64,000 bases of DNA, taken from the NCBI GenBank assembly GCA_013265495.1, contig MU057801.1:1605879-1669878 (forward strand), given 5' to 3'. The translations under genes and the position numbers were made by a program. Source of the stretch: Vicugna vicugna (Eukaryota). Shown piece after piece: positions 24,317-37,190 of the stretch (position 1 is its first letter; each line of letters begins with the position of its first letter). The notes under the pieces are model-generated. The model saw only the letters and a list, made by a program, of their open reading frames with translations. It did no database searches and was not told the origin of the DNA.

Positions 24317-25029
24317 CCCTGAAGCATTAGCAGACGCATAGCCAGTGATGGGAGCAGCCCACTCTTCTCTTTCTCTTTTTAAAAAAGTGCCACTGATTTT
24401 TCTCCTGCCCTCGTCTGTACCTGACTTTTGGGTGTCTTCCTCTGGCAACCCACAGACTGGGGGGGGCAGGGGTGCTAGGGCACACTCTGCTTCTGTTTCT
24501 TATTTGCAAGGCTTTCTGGCCACATGTGACCCTGCACAGAGGCAAACCGAGGCGTGGTCCAGGCAAGGCCATAGACCTGCCTCGGCCACACACCACAGGT
24601 GTGGTAGGGGACACACAGACGTAAGCACGACCTGGACTTTTAGACTGGAGAAGGTCAGAGGCCTGGTGTCTTTCCTGGTCTCCCTGAGGTGAAACACTCT
24701 GCTTCCGCTCCTGTGTGCAGGTTGGGTGGCACAGCCCCTTCCCGGGCAGTTGAGCTGGGGAGACAAATGGGGTGTCTCTACCCCTGAAATAGCTGGAGTT
24801 TTCTGATGAGTCTGGTACCCAGTCTGGGACTCTAAGCTAAGCTGTGACCCGCTGGGAGGGACAGTTGCACTTCCCAAAGGTCAGCCCCAAAGCCACAACC
24901 GCACTGTAACCCTGCCACCTTTGGGGGAGCTACACTAACGCGAGGTGGGGCAAAGGATGGGCTGATGTAGTTTGGGACCTAGCCTAGAATGAGGTCTTCA
25001 AACTGCTGGCGAAGTCAGAGTCACTATCG

Positions 25030-25508
25030 TTTTTCTCTTTTCTTTTTTAATTGAAATATAGTTGATTTACAATGTTGTTAGTTTCAGGTGTACAGCAAAG
25101 TGATTCAGTTTTTATTTATATAGATTCAGTTTTTATATATATAATTTATATATATATATATTCTTTTTCAAATTCTTTTTCATTATAGATTATTACAAGA
25201 TATTGAATATAGTTCCCTGTGTTCTACAGTAAATACTTGTTGTTTATCTATTTTATATATAGTCATGTGTATCAGCTAATCCCAAACTTCTAATTTCCCC
25301 TCCCCTCTTTTCCCCCTGGTGACCACAAGTTTATTTCCTACGTCCATGAGTCTCTTCCTGTTTTATAAACAAGTGCGTTTGTGTCACTTTTCAAGTTCTA
25401 CATGTAAGTGATATCATATATATTTACCTTTCTGTCTGGCTGACTTCACTTAGTATGATGATCTCTAGGACCATCCATGTTGCTGCAAATAGCATTTCAT
25501 TTTTTATA
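25030..25508 (-). mobile_element. L1 3' end, AT-rich and close to consensus
   Basis: T-rich tail then TTAATTGAAATATAGTTGATTTACAATGTTG...GTTGCTGCAAATAGCATTTC. Confidence 0.92.
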
Positions 25509-28303
25509 AAGCTACTATCTTTTGAATGATCAATTTAAAATGGATCCAGAAAAAAAAATATGAATTCAGAAAATTTTGAAAGAACAAGAAAGGCACCTCT
25601 CCAGCAACACCAGAGAGCTAAGGTCTGTGGGAACTGAAGAGGTGCGTTCTGACCACTTTCCGCAGGCTCAGACCGTTCTGCCGGGAAAAGCTGGGACGTG
25701 AGAGGTGAATTCCTAAATGCCTTTCTTAGCAAACAATGTCAGGTTCTACCCATGACCCATCAGCAGTGTTAAAATGGTTGAAGAGGACAGTTTAGGTGAC
25801 ACACACAGACTCTCACACTCACGAAGCAGGAAGACTCCATTCCCAAGGGGCCAGAGAACCACAAAATGGGGTGGAAAGCAGGGCATCATCATAGGATGAA
25901 GAATAAGGAGCAGGAAGAGAGAAATAGGAAATGAAAGAGGAACAGGGTGTAAATACAGAGGCCAGAGCTGGCCCGGCCCTTGCAGGTTGGCTGACTGGCC
26001 ACCCCAGGCCTTTATTAGGTGCAAAAGCTACGTAGGTGCCGGACCCAGGGAAGGAGCAGCTCCTTCTTGGGCCTGGAAAGTTATTTCACATCAGCGATCA
26101 CACCCCCTGTCTTAGCCTGAGAGCTTTCTTTCACGACCAGCGCCAGGTGTGGGGAGCGGGGACCACCCGGTGACTGATGGGCGCTGGGGTATACATACCT
26201 CAGCTCCCTCCCCGTGGGGGGAGAATCCTTGTGAAATGCTGCCCAAGCTCCCCACGGGGTCAGGTTCCAGTTGTCCCTGGCTGCCCTACATCCCTGCCAC
26301 CTCCTCCACTGTCACCAGGGTCCTGTCCCCTCACTTCCTGCTCTCATCCCCAGCCCGGCTGAGCTTAGAATCAGGAGAGAGAGGCCCCAGACAGCTCTGC
26401 TGCTGTTGTCACCGGCCATGTGATTACCTTCATGTCCTGTCTTGACAGCAGAGCCAACAAGAGAGGGAAGACCATGGACCTAAGGCCAGATTACTCTTCT
26501 GGAAGTTGGAGTGGTTCCAACAGCAAGTTCTTCGATGCTCAAGGAACTAACTTATTGACCCCAAGATGATCTGCTTTGATGTTCTACCCTACAGTGGCCT
26601 GTGTAAGGAGAAAATCTGTTCAAAGACATAGGAAGGTGGCCATTATAATGCCCCATGTCAGCCGATTTCTGGGGACCTCGCCTACACTTTAAGTTTCCTT
26701 TAAGTTAGGTAGAAAAAAAATCAGTTAACATCTGCCTAACAGGCACATCACAAGGATTTTAAAGCTCTTGAGTGGAAACTGATGAGAACTTCTCAGAATG
26801 TTCCAGGTTCCCAATTTCTTTGTCAATAAAGAACTTTTTACATGTTCAGCCTTTCTAATCTCCTCCTCAAGAGAATGTGAATCGCTGTTATTAAAGATAA
26901 AAGCTCCTAAAGCATTTTCAGAGATTCTGTAAGATCACGGATGGGTTGCCTTGGATTCTGCACCGCCCGACGCTGGATAGAACCAAGCCTACTGACTAGG
27001 CTTGGAGGCCGTTTTGAAACTGCAGTTTTTCAACAGGAGAATATTTATTAAAATGCACGTGGTCCTACAGATAAGATTAATAATACTGCTAACCATCAAA
27101 AGACCCCGTGGACATGGAAGTAAAATGCTTTCGCAGGCAGACCCACGGCAAGAATAGGCAAAACTGGCATCAGGCCAAGCATGTCAATCCACGCATCAGA
27201 GTCCTGAGGTTGGGCAAGATTGAAAACACGTTTGGGGAAGTTAATTCCCCGTAATTTGGAAACCCGTGTGCATTTCAAGGGGAATTTAATTCGTGTGTTT
27301 CTAATTCATTTACACTCAAGTCATCAAAACATTATTTTCAAAGAATTACTTCATTTTCATATCCAGGAAATATCATGAATCCTTTCAGCAAGATTCTTGA
27401 AGCCTTGAAAAAAATGTCTTTCAGTTAAGTGGTCGTGTTTGGCCAGCCCCACGCAGGACTTACAAACAGAGTCCGGGAGCAGCGTCACGCTAACGTGAAG
27501 ACCCCGTGTTTCCGCCGCTGTGAGCTTTGCTGCGTTAAGCACGGGTGGACGAAGGCATCCTGTAATTAGCGCCTTAATTACACCTGCCCCACCATCTTAA
27601 TGACCGGCTCCTCGGGGACGGTTGTGCTCCGTGTGCGATCACTGACCCTACCTTTGGTTTTCCTTAGGGGATGGGCTGACATGTGCACGTCCCTCGGGAG
27701 TGTAAATGCAGGTGTCGGTGTGGGTTGCGTCTGGGAGAGACCGAGATTTGCCTCGCTGTGTAAGAAGAGCCCGGAGATGCCGAATCTTCCTAAACAAGAG
27801 AAAGCCTGGGAAAGAAGGCTCGGAGGAAGTGGGCCATTTTACATAATTAATTTAATTTGTAAAGAAGCAGAGTGGATGGGGTTAGTCATAATTTTGCACA
27901 CAATTTCTGGGATAAGAAACAAAAGCAATTTTATTAGATCAAAGCCTAGAAAGGCAGCAGATAAAATGTTAGTATGAAACATGGAAGACAAGAGGATTAA
28001 TTTTCCCTGTTTCTGTTTCTGAAGTATGACAATTATTCTGGGGTCCAAGTCAAAATGTGTTCGCAACTCCTGATGAAGTTGGTGTGGGAGGGAGAAGCCC
28101 CTCCAGTTTCTGAGAGTGAAGGAAGAAAGCCAGGCCGTGCTGGAGTGTTCGGTTTATGCCCAGCGAGGGAGACTGAATTTTCTGAGAATCCTTTTTTGGG
28201 TGGGAGGGTAGGGGTGCCAAGCGAGGGCGGCCAATCCGGGGGTGCTGAGTGGTGACCTGTTCCGACCCGCCCACTCCGCCAGTCACCAATTGCGACCTGT
28301 GTA

Positions 28304-28420
28304 TTTTTTTTAATAAGATTTTTTCTTTCTTTTTTCCCCCCTTAACAGAGGCACTGGGGATTGAACCCGGGACCTCGTGCATGCCAAGCACATGCTCTGC
28401 CACTGACCCACCCCCTCCCC
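28304..28420 (-). mobile_element. tRNA-derived SINE (Vic-1-like)
   Basis: GCACTGGGGATTGAACCCGGGACCTCGTGCATGCCAAGC; flanked by CTGTG(T/C)ATTTT direct repeat. Confidence 0.9.
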
Positions 28421-30989
28421 CTGTGCATTTTCAGCAGTGGTGGGAAAGCCCTCTGAGGGCGGTCGTGGGGGCCCCCGGAGCGAATCAGCAGGCCAGGGAC
28501 CAGCAGGCAGGCTTTTTTTACACTTGATTTGCAACAGATCAAGGTGTCCCGGGTCTTCCGAGCTCTCTAACGAGAAGCTGCAGCAGGTGGGCGGCAGGAG
28601 GGGGCGGTCATGGGCCCCAGGATGACGGCTGAGGACTCCAAAGCTGCCGTCTCCCGTGAACTCGCCCCACTCCTCAGGGGGAGTGCTGGCTTCACTTCCC
28701 TTCTTCCCTGGTGGTTGGCCGTAGGTCCGCAGGGCGGCTCTTCTTGAAGAGGGGAGAGAAAGCTATGAACTTGCACCTCAGGTTCCAGGGAAACTCGCCA
28801 AGTCCGTCTGGAAGGGCTTGTTGACCCTAAAGGTCTGGTACCAACTAGGTCCCGGGAAGCTTGACTTTGAAGAAGCCACAGCGATGCGTCCCTTTGCCTC
28901 AGGGCTGCTTGGAGAAATGTCACTCAAGTCAGGAGACCTTCTGGAAACCTGAAGAAGACACCTGTGGGCCTTCCTCTGTCCATCCTGACGCTTTTATGAG
29001 TAGAATGGTGGGGAAGCTTCCCAAGTGTCACGTGACAGAAGGTTTAATGGTCCCCAGGTCATCCTTGGAGAGGACGACTAGTTCCTGGTGGACCAGGTCA
29101 GCTGGTGGATTCCAAAGTCACTTGGTGAGTCTCTCGTGGAAGTAAATATGAGGAAAAACTGACCTTAAAACCCTAAAGTTAATTTACCCACAGAAGCGTC
29201 TTTCCTTAGTCCCATTTTTTCTGAAGCGTAGAAGGATAACGATGGTGAGGGTGTGAATCCCAATGACCTCTCTTCATATGTGAACCCAGTTTTCTGGTAG
29301 ATATTAACTATAAGTTTAAACGGTCGTGCCATGTGTTTCCTCACATACGATGAAGTATGAAAGTTAGCGCTGGCGGGTTCTGTAAGGACCAGCACGATGC
29401 CCGGAGCCCGGCGGACCCTCGGGAACCTCAGCTCCGTCTCACCTCCAGGTTTCTGAGCTCTGTGGAGCAGCTAGCGTTATGTTCCCTGTTATTATGTGAT
29501 GGTTTTGAAACGTAATTCTGTGTTAAAGACTTGGTGCTCAATCCAGTCTCTAAAATACCTTAATTCCAAATTCAAATCTAATCATAAACATATAGCCTGC
29601 TTCTCATTTAACATCATGAACGGACGAGTGTGTGATCAGAGGCTGCATTTTCGGAACAAGCTCTGGGGGTCATTACAATCAGAATAATTTCTGAATCTTT
29701 CTTTTTTTTTTTTCACATCTGCTCCTGAAGAATTGATTGGAGGGAACGAAACGCCCTTGTAGGTCTTTGTTTTATTTAGATTTGATTACCTTATTAAACT
29801 GGAGAATGTAATTTTTATTCTCTTCACAAACTGCCCAGTTGTGCATCACTGACGGTTATAAGAGAAATGCAATGTGGATTTGATCCTGAGCAGGTCCTGC
29901 TGCCCCAGTGGCTTCCCCACACATGTGGTTCCCTGAAATTCGTGAGTGATCTGGGGAAGGATGCTTGAGGCAGGAGCAGGGATTCCGTTTTGTCATAGTG
30001 CCCAGGCTAGGAGTCTGCAGCTGAGTGACAGTGACAGTGACAACACGAGGTGCCTTGTAGTCACTGAGCAGGCGTCCTGATGGAGGGAGGGGAGCTGAAC
30101 CTGCCGGGGGCCTTGGCTCTGCTCTCGGGAGACCGTCCCCTCCCCCTCTTCCCTTGGGTCCTCCTCCCTCTGCCCTTGTCCTTTCCTTCTTAAGGAGACT
30201 CGCTCACCCGTGGGCTCTCTTCTCCCTGAAGTTTTCTGCTGGGAACTCCCATTTCCTGCCTGCTGACGGTCCCAGTTTAAACTCTCCTCAGTGCCCACCT
30301 TTCCAGTTCCTGTCTCCCGTTAGCGATTCCCGGGTACTGGCTTGTGCGGGCATGACGCTGGGTACCACTCCGACCCGTGCCGGCACGCGTAAGCGTGGCC
30401 CACGGCCCGTGCGGTGAAGGCTGTCCTGTCTGAAAGCAGACTGCTGCCTGGCTCCACCGCCACGGATCTTCCTCTGTGGGTCTGAGGGTGCAGCTGCGGC
30501 TGGGGATGCTGGTCACTTCCTGCATGACTCTGCTGGATAGTCAGGGTTGAGAATCGCCACTCTCATTGTCCCAGTGTCTGAGACGCCTCGGCTCTCCCAT
30601 TTAAGGGCCCAAACTCGTTAGCGGTTATACAGAGTCCTTCAAGACCTCAGCCCCTCTCCCCCACCCCACCCCGGCCCCCTGGCTTTCAGCTGCCCTGGAC
30701 ACCAGCCAAACTCCCGCCTCCTGCTCAGATGGCTTGCATGACCCCAAGCCACTCCCTCCTGGGGACAGGCCTGGGGCAGCCTGACAGTGCCCGAAGAATT
30801 TCTCTGGCTCCCTCCTTCCTGTGACACAGAGAAATTTCCAGCCTCCTGCAAAGGTTTCTCTTATTTCTACCAAGCTCCCAACTGGGGTCTGACGTGTCCT
30901 GCTGTCCTCCCCCACAGACTGAGATCTTCTGGAGGGCGGGCGGGGCCTGAGCCTTTTCACAAGAATGTCATCAGCACTGCCTTGCAGTT

Positions 30990-31160
30990 GCAGGCTCAGT
31001 GAACATTGGCTGAATGAATGAGTGAGCAAATGTATGAATGGATATATGAATGATGAATGAATACCAAGACTCTATGAATGAATGAGCAAATAAATGACAG
31101 AATGAACAAGCAAATGAATGTGTGAATGAATAAACAATTGTGGATGAATGAATGTATGAC
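30990..31160 (+). repeat. L2 3' end / (TGAA)n tract (copy at about 33620-33790)
   Basis: GGCTCAGTGAACATTGGCTGAATGAATGA followed by degenerate TGAA repeats. Confidence 0.75.
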
Positions 31161-31278
31161 TGCCACACGACCACGGCCCCGTGGTGCTGAGTCCACCGTC
31201 CAGACTTCCTACTGTTCTCTGCGATGTTTCACAAGTTTCTGACTCCCCGCTCCCTGATCGTGACTCTAAGACTGGGGA

Positions 31279-31306
31279 GTGTGTGTGTGTGTGTGTGTGT
31301 GTGTGT
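31279..31306. repeat. (GT)n microsatellite; longer compound version at 33907-33957
   Basis: Directly visible. Confidence 0.95.
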
Positions 31307-31994
31307 CGAGGTGGGGGGGACGCATAGACCAGACTGGTCAGCCCGCCCTGCTTGTCCCTGAGGAGGTGACCGCACGGATGGCTGCTGTTCAGGTGGCCCG
31401 GCCCGTCCTCCGCACACGCTCCGAGTGGCTGGGGCACCCACGCTCCATCTGGAGGTCGAATGCCGGTCAGTGCTGTTTGCTCTTGGCCTAGGATGGGGGT
31501 CAGGGTGAGGACTCGCAGTACCTTCAGCAGGTTTCTTCCTGGAAGATCCTGGCTGGGGGTGACCTCAGGAAGGGACAACACCCCAGATTGGGGCCCGAGA
31601 CACTCACCTCAGCCAACCTCAAGGTGGCTCCGTGCAACCCCAATGCTGGGTTGGCACCTCCTTATTTTTAAAGACACAGCGCAGATGTCCTCTCTGAAGT
31701 GGGCGTAGGGTGGCTCTTAGTAAATGTCACATTACTGTGTAATGAATTAGTGAATCATTGATTGATTGAATAATTGATAGCTCGATCATGAACGCTTGGT
31801 GATTTTGCCTTTGGTGCTCCGCATTTCCAACGTGGGCTGCAGTTCATCGTTCAGAAACGAGGGATGGTTGACTTTCTGTTTATCACGCGCGGACCCGACG
31901 TGAAGATGACTACGGGGGAAGGTCGCTGGAACCCACAGAGAAGGCTCCAAGGGCCCTCGACGCCTCCTGTCAGCGCCCACGCTGCCTCGCGCAC

Positions 31995-32495
31995 CAGCCA
32001 CCAGCCGCCAGCCTCACGCGGCTCTGAGCGGTTGAACTGTGGTTCATGTGACTGAGCAACTGAACTGGTACTTTTATTTAATTTTAATTATTTTTTAAAT
32101 TTAGGTTGAAAAATGGATATTCAGTTCAATTATTGGAAGACTTTTAAGTGCATTTGAACGACGTTGGCGTGTGAACCTATCTCTACAACTGCCCATTTTA
32201 TGCAATCTCAACACAGACCGAATATTTCTCGTACAGCTTTATTGTCCTGATGGAGACGTGCGGCAAGGCTGAAAGGCCGACGGGGTTTCCAGGACGCAGC
32301 GTGAAAACAAGATGTGAGGACACAGAATGTCATTAATGATTTGGGAGGTTGATTGCACTTTGAAATGACAGTATTCGGAGTGTGTTGGGTGACGTATAAT
32401 AGACTACAAGTTAACTACACCTGTTTCCTCTCACTTTTTTGTGATGTGGCTGCTGGGAAATCTAATGTTGCCTTTGTGGCTCACGTTGTGTTTCA
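31995..32495. mobile_element. Charlie1/MER33-like hAT element (copy at about 34646-35147)
   Basis: GTGACTGAGCAACTGAACT...TTTTATTTAATTTTAATT and ACACCTGTTTC...ATGTGGCTGCTGGGAAATCTAA...GTGGCTCACGTTGTGTTTC. Confidence 0.75.
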
Positions 32496-32913
32496 CATCA
32501 GTGTTCACTCTTGGTGCTGTGTGCTCTGTGGGTCTGGACAAATGCATCATGATGTGTCCTCCATTACTGTGTCACACAGAGCAGTGTCACTGCCGTAAAA
32601 CTCCCCTGTGGTCCGCGAAGTCACCCCTCGCCGTTCCCTCTGACCTTTGGCGACGGATCTTTCCAGCGTCTCGGAGGCGCTGCCTTTGGCAGGGCGCCGT
32701 GTCACTGGGCTCCCGCAGCCCTTCCAGATGGGCTTCTTGCCCTTAGCGACGTTCACGTCAAGTCGGCCAGGCTTTTCTTGGCTTTATAGCGGATTTCTCT
32801 CTATTGCTAAATAATATTCCACTGTACAGCCATAGCACAACTTTATCTATTCACCTTTTGAAGGGCACCTTGGTTGCTTCGAGATTCAGGCCATAATTAA
32901 TAAGGCTGCTGTA

Positions 32914-35564
32914 TCCTCAGTGCCCACCTTTCCAGTTCCTGTCTCCCGTTAGCGATTCCCGGGTACTGGCTTGTGCGGGCATGACGCTGGGTACCACTCC
33001 GACCCGTGCCGGCACGCGTAAGCGTGGCCCACGGCCCGTGCGGTGAAGGCTGTCCTGTCTGAAAGCAGACTGCTGCCTGGCTCCACCGCCACGGATCTTC
33101 CTCTGTGGGTCTGAGGGTGCAGCTGCGGCTGGGGATGCTGGTCACTTCCTGCATGACTCTGCTGGATAGTCAGGGTTGAGAATCGCCACTCTCATTGTCC
33201 CAGTGTCTGAGACGCCTCGGCTCTCCCATTTAAGGGCCCAAACTCGTTAGCGGTTATACAGAGTCCTTCAAGACCTCAGCCCCTCTCCCCCACCCCACCC
33301 CGGCCCCCTGGCTTTCAGCTGCCCTGGACACCAGCCAAACTCCCGCCTCCTGCTCAGATGGCTTGCATGACCCCAAGCCACTCCCTCCTGGGGACAGGCC
33401 TGGGGCAGCCTGACAGTGCCCGAAGAATTTCTCTGGCTCCCTCCTTCCTGTGACACAGAGAAATTTCCAGCCTCCTGCAAAGGTTTCTCTTATTTCTACC
33501 AAGCTCCCAACTGGGGTCTGACGTGTCCTGCTGTCCTCCCCCACAGACTGAGATCTTCTGGAGGGCGGGCGGGGCCTGAGCCTTTTCACAAGAATGTCAT
33601 CAGCACTGCCTTGCAGTTGCAGGCTCAGTGAACATTGGCTGAATGAATGAGTGAGCAAATGTATGAATGGATATATGAATGATGAATGAATACCAAGACT
33701 CTATGAATGAATGAGCAAATAAATGACAGAATGAACAAGCAAATGAATGTGTGAATGAATAAACAATTGTGGATGAATGAACGTACGACTGCCACACGAC
33801 CACGGCCCCCTGGTGCTGAGTCCACCGTCCAGACTTCCTACTGTTCTCTGCGATGTTTCACAAGTTTCTGACTCCCCGCTCCCTGATGGTGACTCTAAGA
33901 CTGGGGAGTGTGTGTGTGTGTATGTGTTTCATTGTGTGTGTGTGTGTGTGTGTGTGTCGAGGTGGGGGGGACGCATAGACCAGACTGGTCAGCCCGCCCT
34001 GCTTGTCCCTGAGGAGGTGACCGCACGGATGGCTGCTGTTCAGGTGGCCCGGCCCGTCCTCCGCACACGCTCCGAGTGGCTGGGGCACCCACGCTCCATC
34101 TGGAGGTCGAATGCCGGTCAGTGCTGTTTGCTCTTGGCCTAGGATGGGGGTCAGGGTGAGGACTCGCAGTACCTTCAGCAGGTTTCTTCCTGGAAGATCC
34201 TGGCTGGGGGTGACCTCAGGAAGGGACAACACCCCAGATTGGGGCCCGAGACACTCACCTCAGCCAACCTCAAGGTGGCTCCGTGCAACCCCAATGCTGG
34301 GTTGGCACCTCCTTATTTTTAAAGACACAGCGCAGATGTCCTCTCTGAAGTGGGCGTAGGGTGGCTCTTAGTAAATGTCACATTACTGTGTAATGAATTA
34401 GTGAATCATTGACTGATTGAATAATTGATAGCTCGATCATGAACGCTTGGTGATTTTGCCTTTGGTGCTCCGCATTTCCAACGTGGGCTGCAGTTCATCG
34501 TTCAGAAACGAGGGATGGTTGACTTTCTGTTTATCACGCGCGGACCCGACGTGAAGATGACTACGGGGGAAGGTCGCTGGAACCCACAGAGAAGGCTCCA
34601 AGGGCCCTCGACGCCTCCTGTCAGCGCCCACGCTGCCTCGCGCACCAGCCACCAGCCGCCAGCCTCACGCGGCTCTGAGCGGTTGAACTGTGGTTCATGT
34701 GACTGAGCAACTGAACTGGTACTTTTATTTAATTTTAATTATTTTTTAAATTTAGGTTGAAAAATGGATATTCAGTTCAATTATTAGAAGACTTTTAAGT
34801 GCATTTAGAACGACGTTGGCGTGTGAACCTATCTCTACAACTGCCCATTTTATGCAATCTCAACACAGACCGAATATTTCTCGTACAGCTTTATTGTCCT
34901 GATGGAGACGTGCGGCAAGGCTGAAAGGCCGACGGGGTTTCCAGGACGCAGCGTGAAAACAAGATGTGAGGACACAGAATGTCATTAATGATTTGGGAGG
35001 TTGATTGCACTTTGAAATGACAGTATTCGGAGTGTGTTGGGTGACGTATAATAGACTACAAGTTAACTACACCTGTTTCCTCTCACTTTTTTGTGATGTG
35101 GCTGCTGGGAAATCTAATGTTGCCTTTGTGGCTCACGTTGTGTTTCACATCAGTGTTCACTCTTGGTGCTGTGTGCTCTGTGGGTCTGGACAAATGCATC
35201 ATGATGTGTCCTCCATTACTGTGTCACACAGAGCAGTGTCACTGCCGTAAAACTCCCCTGTGGTCCGCGAAGTCACCCCTCGCCGTTCCCTCTGACCTTT
35301 GGCGACGGATCTTTCCAGCGTCTCGGAGGCGCTGCCTTTGGCAGGGCGCCGTGTCACTGGGCTCCCGCAGCCCTTCCAGATGGGCTTCTTGCCCTTAGCG
35401 ACGTTCACGTCAAGTCGGCCAGGCTTTTCTTGGCTTTATAGCGGATTTCTCTCTATTGCTAAATAATATTCCACTGTACAGCCATAGCACAACTTTATCT
35501 ATTCACCTTTTGAAGGGCACCTTGGTTGCTTCGAGATTCAGGCCATAATTAATAAGGCTGCTGT
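32914..35564 (+). repeat. Tandem duplication, copy 2 (2651 bp)
   Basis: Near-identical to 30285-32912; continues seamlessly into the L1 at 35565. Confidence 0.97.
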
Positions 35565-36230
35565 CAACAGTCACGTGCGGGTTTCGTGTGGATGTACATT
35601 TTAAACTCATTCGGGTAAATGCCAAGGAGGGTAACTCCTGAGTCACATCTAAGACTGCGGTTAGTTTTGTAAGAAGCTGCCAAGTGCTCCTCCACAGTGT
35701 CTGTTCCATTTTGCACTTCCATCAGCAGCAAGCGAGACTTCCTGTCACTCCATGTCCTTGCCGCATGGAGTATCTTTTTTTTTCTTTTTCATTTTAGTCA
35801 TTCTAGTAAGTGTGTAATGGTATCTCTTTGCTGTTTGAATTGGTAATTCCTTAATGACATACAGCACGTTTATCAGACATGAGTTTTGCAAATAATTTCT
35901 CCCAGACTTTGGTTTTTCTTTTTCTTTTCTTAATAGTCTTTGGCAGAGCAGAATTTTTTCATTTTAACAAAGTCCAATTTGTCATTTTCTTTCTTTCATT
36001 GTGCTTTTCGTATTGTTCCTAAAAATTCATTGCCAAAGTCAAGGTCACCTAGATTTTATCCTATGTCATCTTCTAGAAGTTTTATAGTTTTGCATTTTAC
36101 ATTTAGGTTCGTGATAATTTCGTGAAAGCTCTAAGCAATTTCTCTAGAGTCTTTTTTTGGGATCTATGTGGATGTCCACTTGTGCCAGCACCGTTTGTGG
36201 AACAAACTCCTTCCTCCACTGAACTGCCCT
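35148..36230 (-). mobile_element. Old L1 (L1MC/MD-like) 3' UTR and ORF2 end; its first ~417 bp are duplicated at 32496-32912
   Basis: GTTCACTCTTGGTGCTGTG...GGACAAATGCATCATGA 3' UTR motif; antisense ORF2 motifs TCTTCTAGAAGTTTTATAGTTTTGCATTTTACATTTAGG and CCAGCACCGTTTGTGGAA. Confidence 0.85.
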
Positions 36231-36249
36231 ATAAAACTCTGAAAACTGA

Positions 36250-37190
36250 GTGACATTGGAATCATAGCCCACAGGAGAGAAACTGGATTCTAACCAGGTC
36301 AAGTGCTGCTAAAATAAAAACATCAGCATTCTCGAAGGGGTGAAAGCAAGATCCAGAGTTTTGCAAGAAAATAAACATGATTTTAAGATATATTTCAAAA
36401 TCACCCCGTATGTGCAGAACTGGGAAAACCTCTGCCTGCACGAGTAAAGACAACCAATGGACGCTAATGCACAGATGTTGTAATTATTTGACAAAGATTT
36501 CAAAGCTTCTCCCCAAAGCAGCTGTGAACGCTCTTCAGATGAGTGGAAAAATAGAAGTTCTTCGCAAACAAACAGAAGATATAAGGAAGATACCGATTCG
36601 ATAGACACCCCTATTAACAGTAAAGAGAAGAAAGAGAAATGAGTCAGTAAGATTGAAGACAGAGAAAAAGAAATTTCCAATCTGAACAACCGAGAGAAAA
36701 ATTCAGATTAAAAAAAAGAAAAGAACCTTGTGGACTGTGGGACAACAGCAAAAGGTCTAAGAGTCACGTTATCAGACTCAAGAGAGACAAGAGAAATAAT
36801 GTGGTGCAGATAAATACCGGAAGAAATGATGGCTGAGAACGTCCCCCATTTGGCAAAAGAGACAACTTGCAGGTTCAAGAAGCTGAGCAAACCTCATACA
36901 TAACAAACCCAAAGGTACCCATGGGGAGACGCGTTGCAGTTAAACTAAGCAAACTCCTAAATACCAAAGACAAAGATGCATCTTGAAAGTAACCAAAGAA
37001 AGGTAATGCGTTAAATATTGGGGTGCTTGAGAAACCTCGAAAGCCGGAAGGAAGTGACCCAACAGTTTGCAAAGGTTCAGAGAAAAATACCGTGAAATCG
37101 ACATTTTATACCCAGTGAAAATATCCCTCGGGAGTGAAAGAGAACAAGGTGCTCTCAGATGAATGAAAACTAAAGCGGAGTCACTGCTGT
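36250..37190 (+). mobile_element. Old L1 ORF1-region fragment
   Basis: A-rich; GGACTGTGGGACAAC (LWD motif), GAAATGATGGCTGAGAACGTCCCCCATTTGG (EIMAENFP-like), ATTTTATACCCAGTGAAAATATCC (ILYPAK-like). Confidence 0.8.

Larger units (their letters stand above)
30285..32912 (+). repeat. Tandem duplication, copy 1 (2628 bp)
   Basis: Near-identical to 32914-35564; duplicated ORFs appear at offsets 2629, 2651 and 2652. Confidence 0.97.

Noticed and set aside
35148..37190. Opposite-strand L1 ORF2 and ORF1 pieces as one twin-primed insertion
   Set aside because: The pieces are kilobases apart in L1 coordinates and I see no TSD; separate old insertions or a later rearrangement are more likely.
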